A stretch of DNA of 32,000 nt from Coprobacillaceae bacterium (GCA_963675515.1 OY776328.1:570001-602000), one strand, 5' to 3'. Shown: positions 18,260 to 27,221, counted from the first letter of the stretch. The notes: generated by a model not told the origin, from the sequence alone. Program-made: numbers and translations.

Positions 18260-19426
18260 TCAGTCGCGGGTGAACAAGTCACGGGTATATATTTTTTCTT
18301 TGACATCTTCAAGTTCGTCTGTCATCCGGTTCACTACGATCACGTCACAGATGCGCTTGAATTCCTCGAAGTCCTTGATGACTCTGGAATTGTAGAATGT
18401 GTCCTCATGCAATGCCGGTTCGAAGACGACAACCTCGATACCTTTCCCTTTGATCCGTTTCATGATTCCCTGGATGGCCGATTGGCGGAAATTGTCCGAA
18501 CCGGTTTTCATTGTCAGGCGGTAAATCCCGACAATTTTAGGGTTTCTGCTCACAATCATCTGGGCGATATGGTCCTTGCGGGTGCGGTTGGACTCGACAA
18601 TCGCCTGGATCATGTTTTGAGGCACGTCCTGGTAGTTGGCAAGAAGCTGCTTGGTGTCCTTTGGCAGGCAGTAACCGCCGTAGCCAAATGAGGGATTGTT
18701 GTAATGGGAACCGATCCGCGGATCAAGGCCGATCCCGTCGATGATCTGCTTAGTATTGAGATTGCGGATCTCGGCATATGTGTCAAGCTCGTTGAAAAAA
18801 GACACGCGCATCGCCAGGTAAGTGTTGGCGAAAAGTTTGATCGCTTCGGCTTCGGTGCTGTTTGTGAAAAGGACATCGATATCTTCTTTGATGGCCCCTT
18901 CCATAAGCAGGTTTGCGAAAACAGTGGCCCGCTCGGAAATCTCCCCGACCACGATTCTTGAAGGGTAAAGGTTGTCATACAGGGCTTTGCCCTCGCGCAG
19001 GAATTCGGGCGAGAAGAAGATGTTGTCGATATCGTACTTGGCCTTCATCTCTTCGATAAATCCGACCGGCACCGTTGACTTGACAACCATCACGGTGTCG
19101 GGATTGTATTTTTTTACGCTCAAGATGACGTCCTCGACCGAAGATGTGTCGAAGAAGTTCATCTTTTCATCATAGTTGGTCGGTGTCGAGATGACAACGT
19201 AGTCCGCGTCTTTCAAGGCTTCCACCTTGTCAGTTGTCGCTTTGAGGTTCAGGCTTCTATTCTTCAGGTAATCCTCGATCTCCTTGTCCCGGATCGGGGA
19301 AATCTTATTATTGATCATTTCTACTTTATCTTCAATGATGTCAACTGCGACAACTTCATTTTTCTGCGCAAGCAAAACCGCAATTGACAATCCCACATAA
19401 CCAGTTCCAAAAACTGCAATTTTCAT
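18260..19426 (-). CDS. ugd: UDP-glucose 6-dehydrogenase
   Basis: [20 protein letters not shown] Rossmann N-terminus, GGYCLPKDT catalytic Cys motif, 388 aa. This is the only minus-strand gene and it is convergent with rmd. Confidence 0.9.
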   Translation of the reverse strand: MKIAVFGTGYVGLSIAVLLAQKNEVVAVDIIEDKVEMINNKISPIRDKEIEDYLKNRSLNLKATTDKVEALKDADYVVISTPTNYDEKMNFFDTSSVEDVILSVKKYNPDTVMVVKSTVPVGFIEEMKAKYDIDNIFFSPEFLREGKALYDNLYPSRIVVGEISERATVFANLLMEGAIKEDIDVLFTNSTEAEAIKLFANTYLAMRVSFFNELDTYAEIRNLNTKQIIDGIGLDPRIGSHYNNPSFGYGGYCLPKDTKQLLANYQDVPQNMIQAIVESNRTRKDHIAQMIVSRNPKIVGIYRLTMKTGSDNFRQSAIQGIMKRIKGKGIEVVVFEPALHEDTFYNSRVIKDFEEFKRICDVIVVNRMTDELEDVKEKIYTRDLFTRD

Positions 19427-19598
19427 AAATTCATCTCCATTTTTTTGATTTTCAAAATATTAAAAATATGATTTTTACAACGGTATAACTTTACCACAAT
19501 AATGGAATAAAAAAAAGAAGTATTTATCACATTTTCGGCTGATTTGTGACCGAAACAATCGGGAAATGCGGGATATAATCAATATATTTTAGTTTTGA

Positions 19599-19627
19599 TT
19601 GACACGGACCTTCGTATTCAATATTAT
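19599..19627 (+). promoter_or_regulatory. Sigma-A type promoter for the LtaS-family gene
   Basis: TTGACA (19599-19604), 17-nt spacer, TATTAT (19622-19627). About 50 nt upstream of the ATG at 19680. Confidence 0.6.
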
Positions 19628-19679
19628 AGTATTGTTAAGATTGTGTTTATTGGATGCGATCATTTTTTAGGAGCAGGAT

Positions 19680-21158
19680 ATGAGGAATAAGTTTAAAAAT
19701 ATTTTAGTGTTTGTCGCCATTTATCTGATCAGTTTTGTCGGCTTGTGTTCATACTGGTTCGTCAACCATTTTTCCGGGGTCGGAATCCGGGGGATAATAT
19801 TCACCCTGAAGGCACCGGCCGAAGGTACTGATCCGACAATTGTCAACTCGTTTATCATCCATGTGGTCATTGCCAGTGCGGTTATCGCAATTTTTTATTT
19901 TTCAGTATCCCGGCTTTCCCATCTTAGAATAAGAGTGAAAAATTGGGAAAGGAACATCAGGGCTTCGATTGTGGCTTTGACACTCCTGATTCTTGTCAGC
20001 TCGATAAATGTCGTCAATGCGGCCCAGGCGGTGTCGCTGTTGGACTATATCGATTCCCAGATAAACAAATCGAGCATCTATGAGGAGTATTATGTCGACC
20101 CAAAAAGCGTTGCGGTCACTTTTCCACAGCAGAAAAGAAACCTGATCTACATCGTCCTCGAGTCGATGGAATCGACTTTCACTTCGATTGAAAACGGCGG
20201 AGTGTTCGAACAAAGCCTCATTCCCAATCTCGAAAACCTGCAGCAAGAATACCCGTCATTCTCTACCAACGACCTCAATGCCGGGGAATACACGGTTGGA
20301 GGAACAGGCTTCACCGTGGGATCACTGGTGGCCCAAAGTGCTGGGATCCCGCTGACACTGCCCATCGACGGAAATTCCTACACCGGCTATGGCACATTCC
20401 TGCCAGGAGCCTATGCGATCGGTGATGTCCTGGAGGCCAATGGATATAATCAGGTATTCATGTGCGGTTCCGATGCCGACTTTGGCGGGCGAAGCAGCTA
20501 CTACACAACCCACGGCAATTACGAAATCAACGATTACAATTACGCAATCGAGCGGGGATGGATTGAAGAGGACTACCGTGTTTTCTGGGGCTATGAGGAC
20601 ACCAAACTTTTCGATTTTTCCAAGATCCGCTTAAGCGAGCTTGCCAGCGAGGATGAACCTTTCAACTTCACGATGCTTACGGTCAACACCCATTCGCCTG
20701 AAGGCTGGGTCGAAGCGGCATGCGAGGACCTGTATGAGGAGCAGTATTCCAATGTCATCCACTATTCCGACCAGCAGGTGGCAGCTTTCCTTGACTGGAT
20801 CATGGAACAGGACTTTTACGACAACACGACGATAATAATCAAAGGTGACCACGAGTCGATGAGTTCCGAATACTTGTCGGATCTCGATAGCTACACCAGG
20901 ACACCTTACAATGTGATCATCAACCCGGCAGTCACAACCATGAACACGAAAAACCGCGCTTTCTCGCACATGGACTGGTATCCGACCACGCTGGGAGCAA
21001 TGGGGGCCAAAATCGAAGGTGAACGGCTCGGGTTGGGGACAAACATGTTTTCTGATGTGCCTACCCTGATGGAAGAACTTTCGGTTCGCACGGTCGCCGG
21101 ACAGATCTGTGACAAATCAGACTTCTATGACAATTACCTGCTTTACGGCAGCAAGTGA
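19680..21158 (+). CDS. LtaS/OpgB (sulfatase-fold) family membrane phosphotransferase, a candidate glycerol-phosphate transferase
   Basis: N-terminal TM helices, then an extracytoplasmic alkaline-phosphatase-superfamily domain with NLIYIVLESMESTF (metal-binding Glu region), GGTGFTVGS (candidate nucleophile Thr), and NTHSPEG ... GDHES. Confidence 0.6.
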   Translation: MRNKFKNILVFVAIYLISFVGLCSYWFVNHFSGVGIRGIIFTLKAPAEGTDPTIVNSFIIHVVIASAVIAIFYFSVSRLSHLRIRVKNWERNIRASIVALTLLILVSSINVVNAAQAVSLLDYIDSQINKSSIYEEYYVDPKSVAVTFPQQKRNLIYIVLESMESTFTSIENGGVFEQSLIPNLENLQQEYPSFSTNDLNAGEYTVGGTGFTVGSLVAQSAGIPLTLPIDGNSYTGYGTFLPGAYAIGDVLEANGYNQVFMCGSDADFGGRSSYYTTHGNYEINDYNYAIERGWIEEDYRVFWGYEDTKLFDFSKIRLSELASEDEPFNFTMLTVNTHSPEGWVEAACEDLYEEQYSNVIHYSDQQVAAFLDWIMEQDFYDNTTIIIKGDHESMSSEYLSDLDSYTRTPYNVIINPAVTTMNTKNRAFSHMDWYPTTLGAMGAKIEGERLGLGTNMFSDVPTLMEELSVRTVAGQICDKSDFYDNYLLYGSK

Positions 21159-21221
21159 CAGCAGGACCTGAAACCAGGAATATCCGGCCCATAAATGGTC
21201 CAATAATCCGGTTGGAAAATC

Positions 21222-21248
21222 AAGCTTGGGGGATCCCGGGCTTTTTTC
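21222..21248 (+). terminator. Rho-independent terminator after the LtaS-family gene
   Basis: AAGCTTGGG (21222-21230) / CCCGGGCTT (21235-21243) with two G-U pairs, loop GGAT, then TTTTTT. Confidence 0.6.
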
Positions 21249-21292
21249 AATTGTGGTAAATTGTCGAAAGTGGTTTAAATTTATATGATTGG

Positions 21293-21321
21293 TTGACATT
21301 AAATTAAAAAATCTTCATAAT
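21293..21321 (+). promoter_or_regulatory. Sigma-A type promoter for the first LCP gene
   Basis: TTGACA (21293-21298), 17-nt spacer, CATAAT (21316-21321). Confidence 0.6.
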
Positions 21322-21367
21322 AATGAATTGAGATAATTATAAAAAAGTTTTTGAAAGGATGTAGCTG

Positions 21368-22915
21368 ATGCTAAAAATACTGTCACGGGTAGCACTTGTA
21401 ATCCAGGCGGGACTATCGGTCCTGTTGGTGAAACTGGTAATGGATTTCAACTTCCTTCCATTTTTATACACAACAGCCCTGATTGCCGGCTTGGTGGTCT
21501 TATGGCTTTTCACTTTGTTTTTGCAAAGAAGACCAAAAAGAGATTCCCAAATGAAATACGTCCGTTCCAGAAGGACAAACAAATTGAAAAGAAAAATGCT
21601 TCTGCGGGAAAAAATATCCCTGATCCTGGTTATGCTCAGCTGCATCGTCCTTGTCCTGGGCAGCTATTACGTATATCTTGGCAATCTGACCCTGGATCAG
21701 CTAACCAACACCAATACGACAATTGTCCATACGATCAATGTCAGGGTGATGGCTGAGTCGCAGGTTGAGACTTTGACCGATCTCCAGGATGAGGAAGTCG
21801 AGTTCTGCACCAACAACAATTCCGAGTATGTGGCGGAGTACATCAACATCCTTGAAAGCGACTATGGCCTGGACACTTCTATTGCCGACGATTTCCAGAC
21901 CCTGGTGGAAAATCTCTACAATGGTGATAATTCCGCAATCGTTATGGACACAATGGACGAGATTTACCTTGCCGGGCTCCACGAGGACTATCAGGACGAA
22001 ACGAGGGTGATCGCTTCTTATGAGATAGAGGTTGAAAATACCGCTATCGAAACGGACAACACGCCCACAAGCACCAAAGTGCCCGATGTCATGAACATCT
22101 TTGTTTCGGGCATCGACACTTATGGATCGATCACGACGGTGGCCCGTTCCGATGTCAATATGATCCTTACGGTCAATTTCAATACCCATGAGATATTGAT
22201 GACCGGTATCCCAAGAGATTACTACGTGACTCTCCATTCGAAACAGGCACAAGACAAGCTGACCCATGCTGGCAACTACGGCATCGAGGAGAGCGTATCC
22301 ACGGTCGAGGATCTTATGGATATGGAAATCGATTATTACATCCGGTTGAACTTCTCCTCGTTGATCGACATCGTCAACGCCCTGGGGGGCATCGATATAT
22401 ACAACCCTACCGCATTCACGGCAGTGGGCACCTATGAAATGCCGGTGGGCAACATCCATCTCGACGGCAAGGAAGCCCTTTTCTACAGCCGCGAACGCCA
22501 TACCCTGGTCAACGGCGACAATGACCGGATCGCCAACCAGCAGCGCATCATCTCCGGGATCATCGACAAGGCGATCTCGCCAAAGATAATAACATCGTAT
22601 TCGTCGCTCCTTAGCGCATCGCTTCAGGCAATCCAGACAAACATTCCGACCGGCCTTATCACAAACATCATCAAGGCCCAGCTCGCCGACAATGATTCAT
22701 GGAACCTGCAGCATCAGTACCTTGAGGGGACCGAGGACCGCTCGAGTAAATGTTACTCGATGCCAGGATACAACCTTTATGTGACAATTCCCGATCAGGA
22801 TTCGATCGACCAGGCAAATGAAAACATTGAAAAGGTATCAAACGGCATCTCCGTGAACTTCGACAATATGAGTTCCTATGTCGAGTCCGATAACACAAAT
22901 TCGTTAAGTGACTAA
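21368..22915 (+). CDS. LCP (LytR-CpsA-Psr) family glycopolymer-peptidoglycan ligase, multi-TM N-terminus
   Basis: NIFVSGIDTYG..ARSDVNMILTVN, GIPRDYYV, NYGIEESVSTVEDLMDMEIDYYIRLNF, LGGIDI, LDGKEALFYSRERH, and DNDRIANQQR. Confidence 0.85.
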   Translation: MLKILSRVALVIQAGLSVLLVKLVMDFNFLPFLYTTALIAGLVVLWLFTLFLQRRPKRDSQMKYVRSRRTNKLKRKMLLREKISLILVMLSCIVLVLGSYYVYLGNLTLDQLTNTNTTIVHTINVRVMAESQVETLTDLQDEEVEFCTNNNSEYVAEYINILESDYGLDTSIADDFQTLVENLYNGDNSAIVMDTMDEIYLAGLHEDYQDETRVIASYEIEVENTAIETDNTPTSTKVPDVMNIFVSGIDTYGSITTVARSDVNMILTVNFNTHEILMTGIPRDYYVTLHSKQAQDKLTHAGNYGIEESVSTVEDLMDMEIDYYIRLNFSSLIDIVNALGGIDIYNPTAFTAVGTYEMPVGNIHLDGKEALFYSRERHTLVNGDNDRIANQQRIISGIIDKAISPKIITSYSSLLSASLQAIQTNIPTGLITNIIKAQLADNDSWNLQHQYLEGTEDRSSKCYSMPGYNLYVTIPDQDSIDQANENIEKVSNGISVNFDNMSSYVESDNTNSLSD

Positions 22916-22920
22916 TGATC

Positions 22921-22946
22921 AAGCGAGTGTAACAGCTCGCTTTTTT
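22921..22946 (+). terminator. Rho-independent terminator after the first LCP gene
   Basis: AAGCGAG (22921-22927) / CTCGCTT (22936-22942), then TTTTTT. Confidence 0.65.
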
Positions 22947-23002
22947 GGTTCCATAACATATTGAAAGTAACGGATAAACAGGGGTTAAAGTTGTAAACAT
23001 TA

Positions 23003-23031
23003 TAGACTTTTGTTTCTAAATTTGTTATATT
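23003..23031 (+). promoter_or_regulatory. Candidate promoter for the cpsB-cpsD-cpsC-LCP operon
   Basis: TAGACT (23003-23008), 17-nt spacer ending in TGt, TATATT (23026-23031). This is an extended -10 configuration. Confidence 0.45.
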
Positions 23032-23057
23032 AACTTGAAGAAAGAAAAGGTGATTTG

Positions 23058-23777
23058 ATGATCGATATTCATAGTCATATTTTACCCGGTGTGGATGACG
23101 GTTCCAAAGACGAAAACATGACTCTTAGGATGCTTTACCAGTTTTCCAACGAGGGAATCGACAAGATTGTCGCAACACCGCACTTTCGACATGACCAAAG
23201 CGATGCTTACCTTGAGAAAGTCAAAGAGAGCTACCTTGAGGCCCGGAGATTGGCGGCCCAGGTTAGTCCCAATCTTCAGCTTTTTTTAGGGTGTGAGATC
23301 ATGTATTCTTCAAAGGCGCTCACCAGACTGATCAATGACGAATTCCTGACCCTTAATGGCACTGATTATATCCTTGTGGAATTTCCAGTCATGGCCTTGT
23401 TCAATGACATCGTCGGGGCAATCCATGATTTTGTAGGATCGGGATATATTCCCATAATCGCCCATCTCGAGCGATATCAGTTCATTGACAAGGTGGAACA
23501 GGTCCAAACACTTGTCAAAATGGGGGCCCATATTCAAATCAATTCAAGTCTTATATTGGGAAAATACGGATTTACAAGGAAAAGGTTCATCCATAAGCTG
23601 ATCAAAAGGGGATTGGTTCATTTTGTGGCAAGCGATGCCCACAATGATGAAAAAAGGAAAGTTACATTAGGGAGCTCTTATAAATCAATCGCGCGGCGCT
23701 TTGGCAAAGAGACCGCTGCCGATCTGTTTGTAAGAAACCAGGAGAAAGTTATAAAAGGAGAAAAAATAGGTGTTTAG
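23058..23777 (+). CDS. cpsB: PHP-family protein-tyrosine phosphatase (CpsB/Wzh/YwqE type)
   Basis: MIDIHSHILPGVDDGSKD N-terminus, ATPHF, AHLERY, and ASDAHN metal-binding motifs. ATG at 23058 is preferred over the TTG at 23055. Confidence 0.85.
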   Translation: MIDIHSHILPGVDDGSKDENMTLRMLYQFSNEGIDKIVATPHFRHDQSDAYLEKVKESYLEARRLAAQVSPNLQLFLGCEIMYSSKALTRLINDEFLTLNGTDYILVEFPVMALFNDIVGAIHDFVGSGYIPIIAHLERYQFIDKVEQVQTLVKMGAHIQINSSLILGKYGFTRKRFIHKLIKRGLVHFVASDAHNDEKRKVTLGSSYKSIARRFGKETAADLFVRNQEKVIKGEKIGV

Positions 23778-24465
23778 TTTAAAATTGAAGTATCGGATTC
23801 TCGACGATTTCCATATCCGCGAATCATACCGGACATTAAGAACGAATATTGAATTTACCGGAGTCGACAATCGGGTCATTGCCATCACGAGTGCCAATCC
23901 CGAGGACGGGAAATCGGCAACCACTCTCAATCTGGCCAATGCATTCGCCCAAACTGGCAAAAAAGTGCTGATCATTGATGCGGATTTGCGCAAGTCGATC
24001 ATGACGACAAGCCAGAGCCGCAATGCCGTGATGGGCTTGTCTCATTATCTTTCAGGTCTTGCGAATATCAATGAGATCATCTCGACCAGCGACATTGAAA
24101 ATCTTTATGTCATCACTACCGGGAAGTTCCCGCCTAACCCAACCGAGCTTCTTTCCAAGGAGCGCTTTGGCGACTTGCTGAACCGTCTTAAAAAGGAATT
24201 CGACTACATTGTCATCGATACTCCGCCTTTGGGAAGCGTCATCGATGCGGCCATCATCGCCAAAGTATGCGACTGTTCGATGCTGGTGATTTCATCGAAT
24301 TCGACGACCTCGAAACATGTCAAACATGTCATCAACCAGCTCAAAAAAGCCAACCCGAATTTCTTAGGGGTGGTGTTAAGCAAATTCGATATCAATAATG
24401 CGAAATACTATGGGGGCAGCAAGTATTACAAATATTATGAGTACGAATACAAAAACAATGATTAG
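23770..24465 (+). CDS. cpsD: BY-kinase catalytic subunit (CpsD/Wze/CapB type protein-tyrosine kinase)
   Basis: ESYRTLRTNIEF, Walker A ITSANPEDGKSATTLN, Walker A' LIIDADLRKS, Walker B YIVIDTPP, and a C-terminal tyrosine cluster KYYGGSKYYKYYEYEYKNND (8 Tyr). The GTG start overlaps the cpsB stop. Confidence 0.9.
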   Translation: MFSLKLKYRILDDFHIRESYRTLRTNIEFTGVDNRVIAITSANPEDGKSATTLNLANAFAQTGKKVLIIDADLRKSIMTTSQSRNAVMGLSHYLSGLANINEIISTSDIENLYVITTGKFPPNPTELLSKERFGDLLNRLKKEFDYIVIDTPPLGSVIDAAIIAKVCDCSMLVISSNSTTSKHVKHVINQLKKANPNFLGVVLSKFDINNAKYYGGSKYYKYYEYEYKNND

Positions 24466-24480
24466 GGGAGAATTTTTTGA

Positions 24481-25215
24481 ATGATTGAAAACGAAGAATA
24501 TCTAGACGAAGTTGAAATAGACCTGCAGGAACTCTTCTTTGTCTTGTTGAAGAATTGGCTGATGATCGCCATCAGCACGGTCTTGATTGCGGTTGTTTCA
24601 TTGGGATATACGATTTTCATGATCGACCCGATGTACCAGTCGGAATCGATGCTGTACATCCTGACAAAAACGACCAGTGTAACATCATTGGCTGATTTGC
24701 AGCTTGGTTCCGAGCTTACCGAGGATTTTGCGATAATCGCGACATCCAAACCGGTAATCGACGGTGCCATCACCGAAGTCAAAAACACTTATGGCATCAC
24801 CTTGACCAGGGAAGAGGTAAGTTCGATTATCGAAGTCTCAAACAACGCCAACACCCGGATCTTGAAAATCACCGGAACTTATACCGACCCGGCAATCGCG
24901 TCATACGTTACCAATGCCGTGGCCCAGGAAACAGCCAGCCAGATGGCCTACATCATGCAAGGTGATGAGCCAACGACGGTGGAAAAGGCAGAAATCAACT
25001 ACAACCCGGTAAGCCCGAGCAAGGCTAAAAACACAGTTGTCGGGGCGATGATCGGATTCATGCTTGCGGCAGGATTCATTGTGGCAAGATACCTGCTCAA
25101 CAACAATATCAAGACGCCTGATGACATTGAAAGACACCTTGGAGTCAACACCCTGGCGGTCATCCCGGTTGAAAACAAAGAACAGCTGGTCAAACGCGGC
25201 CTGATCAGGCATTGA
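24481..25215 (+). CDS. cpsC: Wzz-domain transmembrane modulator of the BY-kinase (CpsC/Wzd/CapA type)
   Basis: EIDLQELFFVLLKNWLMIAISTVLIAVV (TM1), an extracytoplasmic domain of about 150 aa, TM2 VVGAMIGFMLAAGFIV, and a cytoplasmic tail IKTPDDIERHLGVNTLAVIP. Confidence 0.8.
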   Translation: MIENEEYLDEVEIDLQELFFVLLKNWLMIAISTVLIAVVSLGYTIFMIDPMYQSESMLYILTKTTSVTSLADLQLGSELTEDFAIIATSKPVIDGAITEVKNTYGITLTREEVSSIIEVSNNANTRILKITGTYTDPAIASYVTNAVAQETASQMAYIMQGDEPTTVEKAEINYNPVSPSKAKNTVVGAMIGFMLAAGFIVARYLLNNNIKTPDDIERHLGVNTLAVIPVENKEQLVKRGLIRH

Positions 25216-26180
25216 TGAAACCAAACAAAAAGATCAAAAAATTGATAATTGCATTCCTGGTTGTAGTTCTGGCATTTGTCGTGTACATCGTCGTTGACGA
25301 CAGCCAGAGCCAGGTCGGTTTTGACAATGAACCGGCATCGCAGAGCAATGTGATTGAATATCAGGGCAAGAGATATCGCTATAATACGGATCTTGTCAAC
25401 ATCCTTTTTATCGGAGTCGACAGCACCAACCTGATCCAGAAAGATGCGCTTGGATCCAACACGAATCAGGCTGACAGCATCATCCTCATATCGTTAAACA
25501 AGTCGACCAAACAAGCCAGGTTGCTCCAGATTTCCCGCAATTCGATGGTGGATATAACCCAGTACGACATCTATGGCGAGCCTTCGCGGACTTCATTCAC
25601 CCAGCTGGCCATGCAGTATTCGACCGCCAAAGGGGGCGCGCAAAGCTGCTGGGCGATGGTGGATACCGTATCCACGATCCTCAATGATCTGCGGATCGAT
25701 GGCTACATCAACCTCAATATCGAAGCCATCGGAAAGATAAATGAGCTGGCCGGTCCGGTAACGATCACGGTACCCGAAGATTACACGGACGTCGACCCGT
25801 CGTTTATCAAGGGTGCGACAATCACTCTTACCAACGAGCAAGCAGAAGCCTATGTGCGCCATCGGGAAATCGAAGGCGTCGGGGGCAATCAGGAGAGGAT
25901 GACCCGGCAGATCGAGTACATCGAAGCTCTGGTGGCGACAGTAAAGGCCAAGGGGAATCTCGAAAGCATCTATGACACGTTGGCACCCTTGCTTGACAAT
26001 TATCTCCTTACAAACCTGAGTGGTGACCAGATCGATACATTGGCGGACTTCGATTTGACCGGCAACGGATATGAGACAGTACCTGGTGAGATGACTTTGG
26101 GTGACACATATGAAGAATTTTACATAGATTACGATAATTTAGATGACATTATAATCAAAATGTTTTATAATGAGTTATGA
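25212..26180 (+). CDS. Second, divergent LCP family protein (single N-terminal TM)
   Basis: NILFIGVDS, ADSIILISLN, LLQISRNSMV, IDGYINLNIEAIGKINELAGPVTITV, TLTNEQAEAYVRHRE, and NQERMTRQ. ATGA-type overlap with cpsC. Confidence 0.75.
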   Translation: MMKPNKKIKKLIIAFLVVVLAFVVYIVVDDSQSQVGFDNEPASQSNVIEYQGKRYRYNTDLVNILFIGVDSTNLIQKDALGSNTNQADSIILISLNKSTKQARLLQISRNSMVDITQYDIYGEPSRTSFTQLAMQYSTAKGGAQSCWAMVDTVSTILNDLRIDGYINLNIEAIGKINELAGPVTITVPEDYTDVDPSFIKGATITLTNEQAEAYVRHREIEGVGGNQERMTRQIEYIEALVATVKAKGNLESIYDTLAPLLDNYLLTNLSGDQIDTLADFDLTGNGYETVPGEMTLGDTYEEFYIDYDNLDDIIIKMFYNEL

Positions 26181-26234
26181 TTAAAGAATCATAATTACAG
26201 AAATTGAATAGAATAATTTTTGGGGGGAAAACTT

Positions 26235-26951
26235 ATGAAAAAATTATTATTGGTTGCCAGCGCTTTTGTCCTGGCATTGGCGCTTAGCGTTTCTTCAGTA
26301 ATGGCGGCACCTAGTCCGACAACATCAGTTGAAACAACGCCTGTATTCTTGTCTGACGCGGTTGTAGTGACTCAAAACGGGGTAGTGGTTAACCTGGCTG
26401 ACGTCAAAGTCATCGAAGCCATTCTTGAAGCTGATCCTGAAGCCTTGGCTGAATTCTACAGCGAATTGCCAGTGGCAATGCAAGAGGAAATTGCGTTGAT
26501 CGCCGATGAAGATGAGGCGGCGCAATTGATCGCTGACCTTATCGCCAATTCTTCTATCGAACTGCCTGAAGCATTCACAGCCGAGCTTACTAAACTGGCT
26601 GTTGAAGAAATCATGGATATTTCACTGGATTCAGCAGGAAATGTTGTAGTGATGGAAGATGGTTCAGTGCAAGTAACTTTCGACCGTCCAAATGTGAGCG
26701 CAGGGGATGCTTACCTTGTTCTTCATTTCAATGAAGACACCGGAGCTTGGGAAATCGTTCCGACTGAAGTGTTGGATGGACAAATCGTCGCGACATTCGA
26801 CAGCCTTTCACCGGTTGCAATCGTGACAGCAACCCAAGTTACTCAAGATGCTGACACTGGTTCATCAATGAACATCATCCCATTCGTGGTTGGTGGAGTT
26901 GCCGTAGTCGGAATTGTATTGTTTGTCCTGGCTAAAACCAAAAAAGCGTAA
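26235..26951 (+). CDS. Secreted acidic Ala/Glu-rich protein with signal peptide and C-terminal TM anchor plus basic tail
   Basis: MKKLLLVASAFVLALALSVSSVMA signal peptide. C-terminus IIPFVVGGVAVVGIVLFVLAKTKKA. ATG at 26235 follows GGGGGGAAAA. Confidence 0.6.
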   Translation: MKKLLLVASAFVLALALSVSSVMAAPSPTTSVETTPVFLSDAVVVTQNGVVVNLADVKVIEAILEADPEALAEFYSELPVAMQEEIALIADEDEAAQLIADLIANSSIELPEAFTAELTKLAVEEIMDISLDSAGNVVVMEDGSVQVTFDRPNVSAGDAYLVLHFNEDTGAWEIVPTEVLDGQIVATFDSLSPVAIVTATQVTQDADTGSSMNIIPFVVGGVAVVGIVLFVLAKTKKA

Positions 26952-26956
26952 TCAAA

Positions 26957-26982
26957 GGAAGCTGCTTTTGCAGCTTTTTTTT
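26957..26982 (+). terminator. Rho-independent terminator
   Basis: AAGCTGC (26959-26965), loop TTTT, GCAGCTT (26970-26976), then TTTTTT. Confidence 0.8.
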
Positions 26983-27120
26983 GCGTTCAAGATAATAGCT
27001 CGGATAAATCTGCCTTTTTTTAGGTTCTTAAAATTACCGAATCGTCTATCTGATTGTCAGACAAATGAATGATGTGAATGACGGTCTTTGAAAATCACAA
27101 ATTTGTAAATGGTTTCATCA

Positions 27121-27150
27121 TTGATTTTTAGGTTACTTATGTAGTAAAAT
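27121..27150 (+). promoter_or_regulatory. Candidate sigma-A promoter for the autolysin gene
   Basis: TTGATT (27121-27126), 18-nt spacer, TAAAAT (27145-27150). Confidence 0.45.
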
Positions 27151-27178
27151 AAATACAGGTATATAAAAAGAGTTTTAT

Positions 27179-27202
27179 GACTATCATCTTTTTGTGATAG
27201 TC
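27179..27202 (+). promoter_or_regulatory. Perfect 8-bp inverted repeat in the autolysin 5' UTR (operator or RNA hairpin)
   Basis: GACTATCA (27179-27186), loop TCTTTTTG, TGATAGTC (27195-27202). It ends 7 nt before the AGGAGGAG RBS. Confidence 0.3.
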
Positions 27203-27221
27203 GAGGGGTAGGAGGAGTAAA

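Noticed and set aside
17800-18691. ORFs 17800-18312 (-) and 18254-18691 (+), which overlap the rmd 3' end and the ugd 3' end.
   Set aside because: They are shadow frames of rmd and ugd and span the convergent terminator region. No motifs support them as genes.
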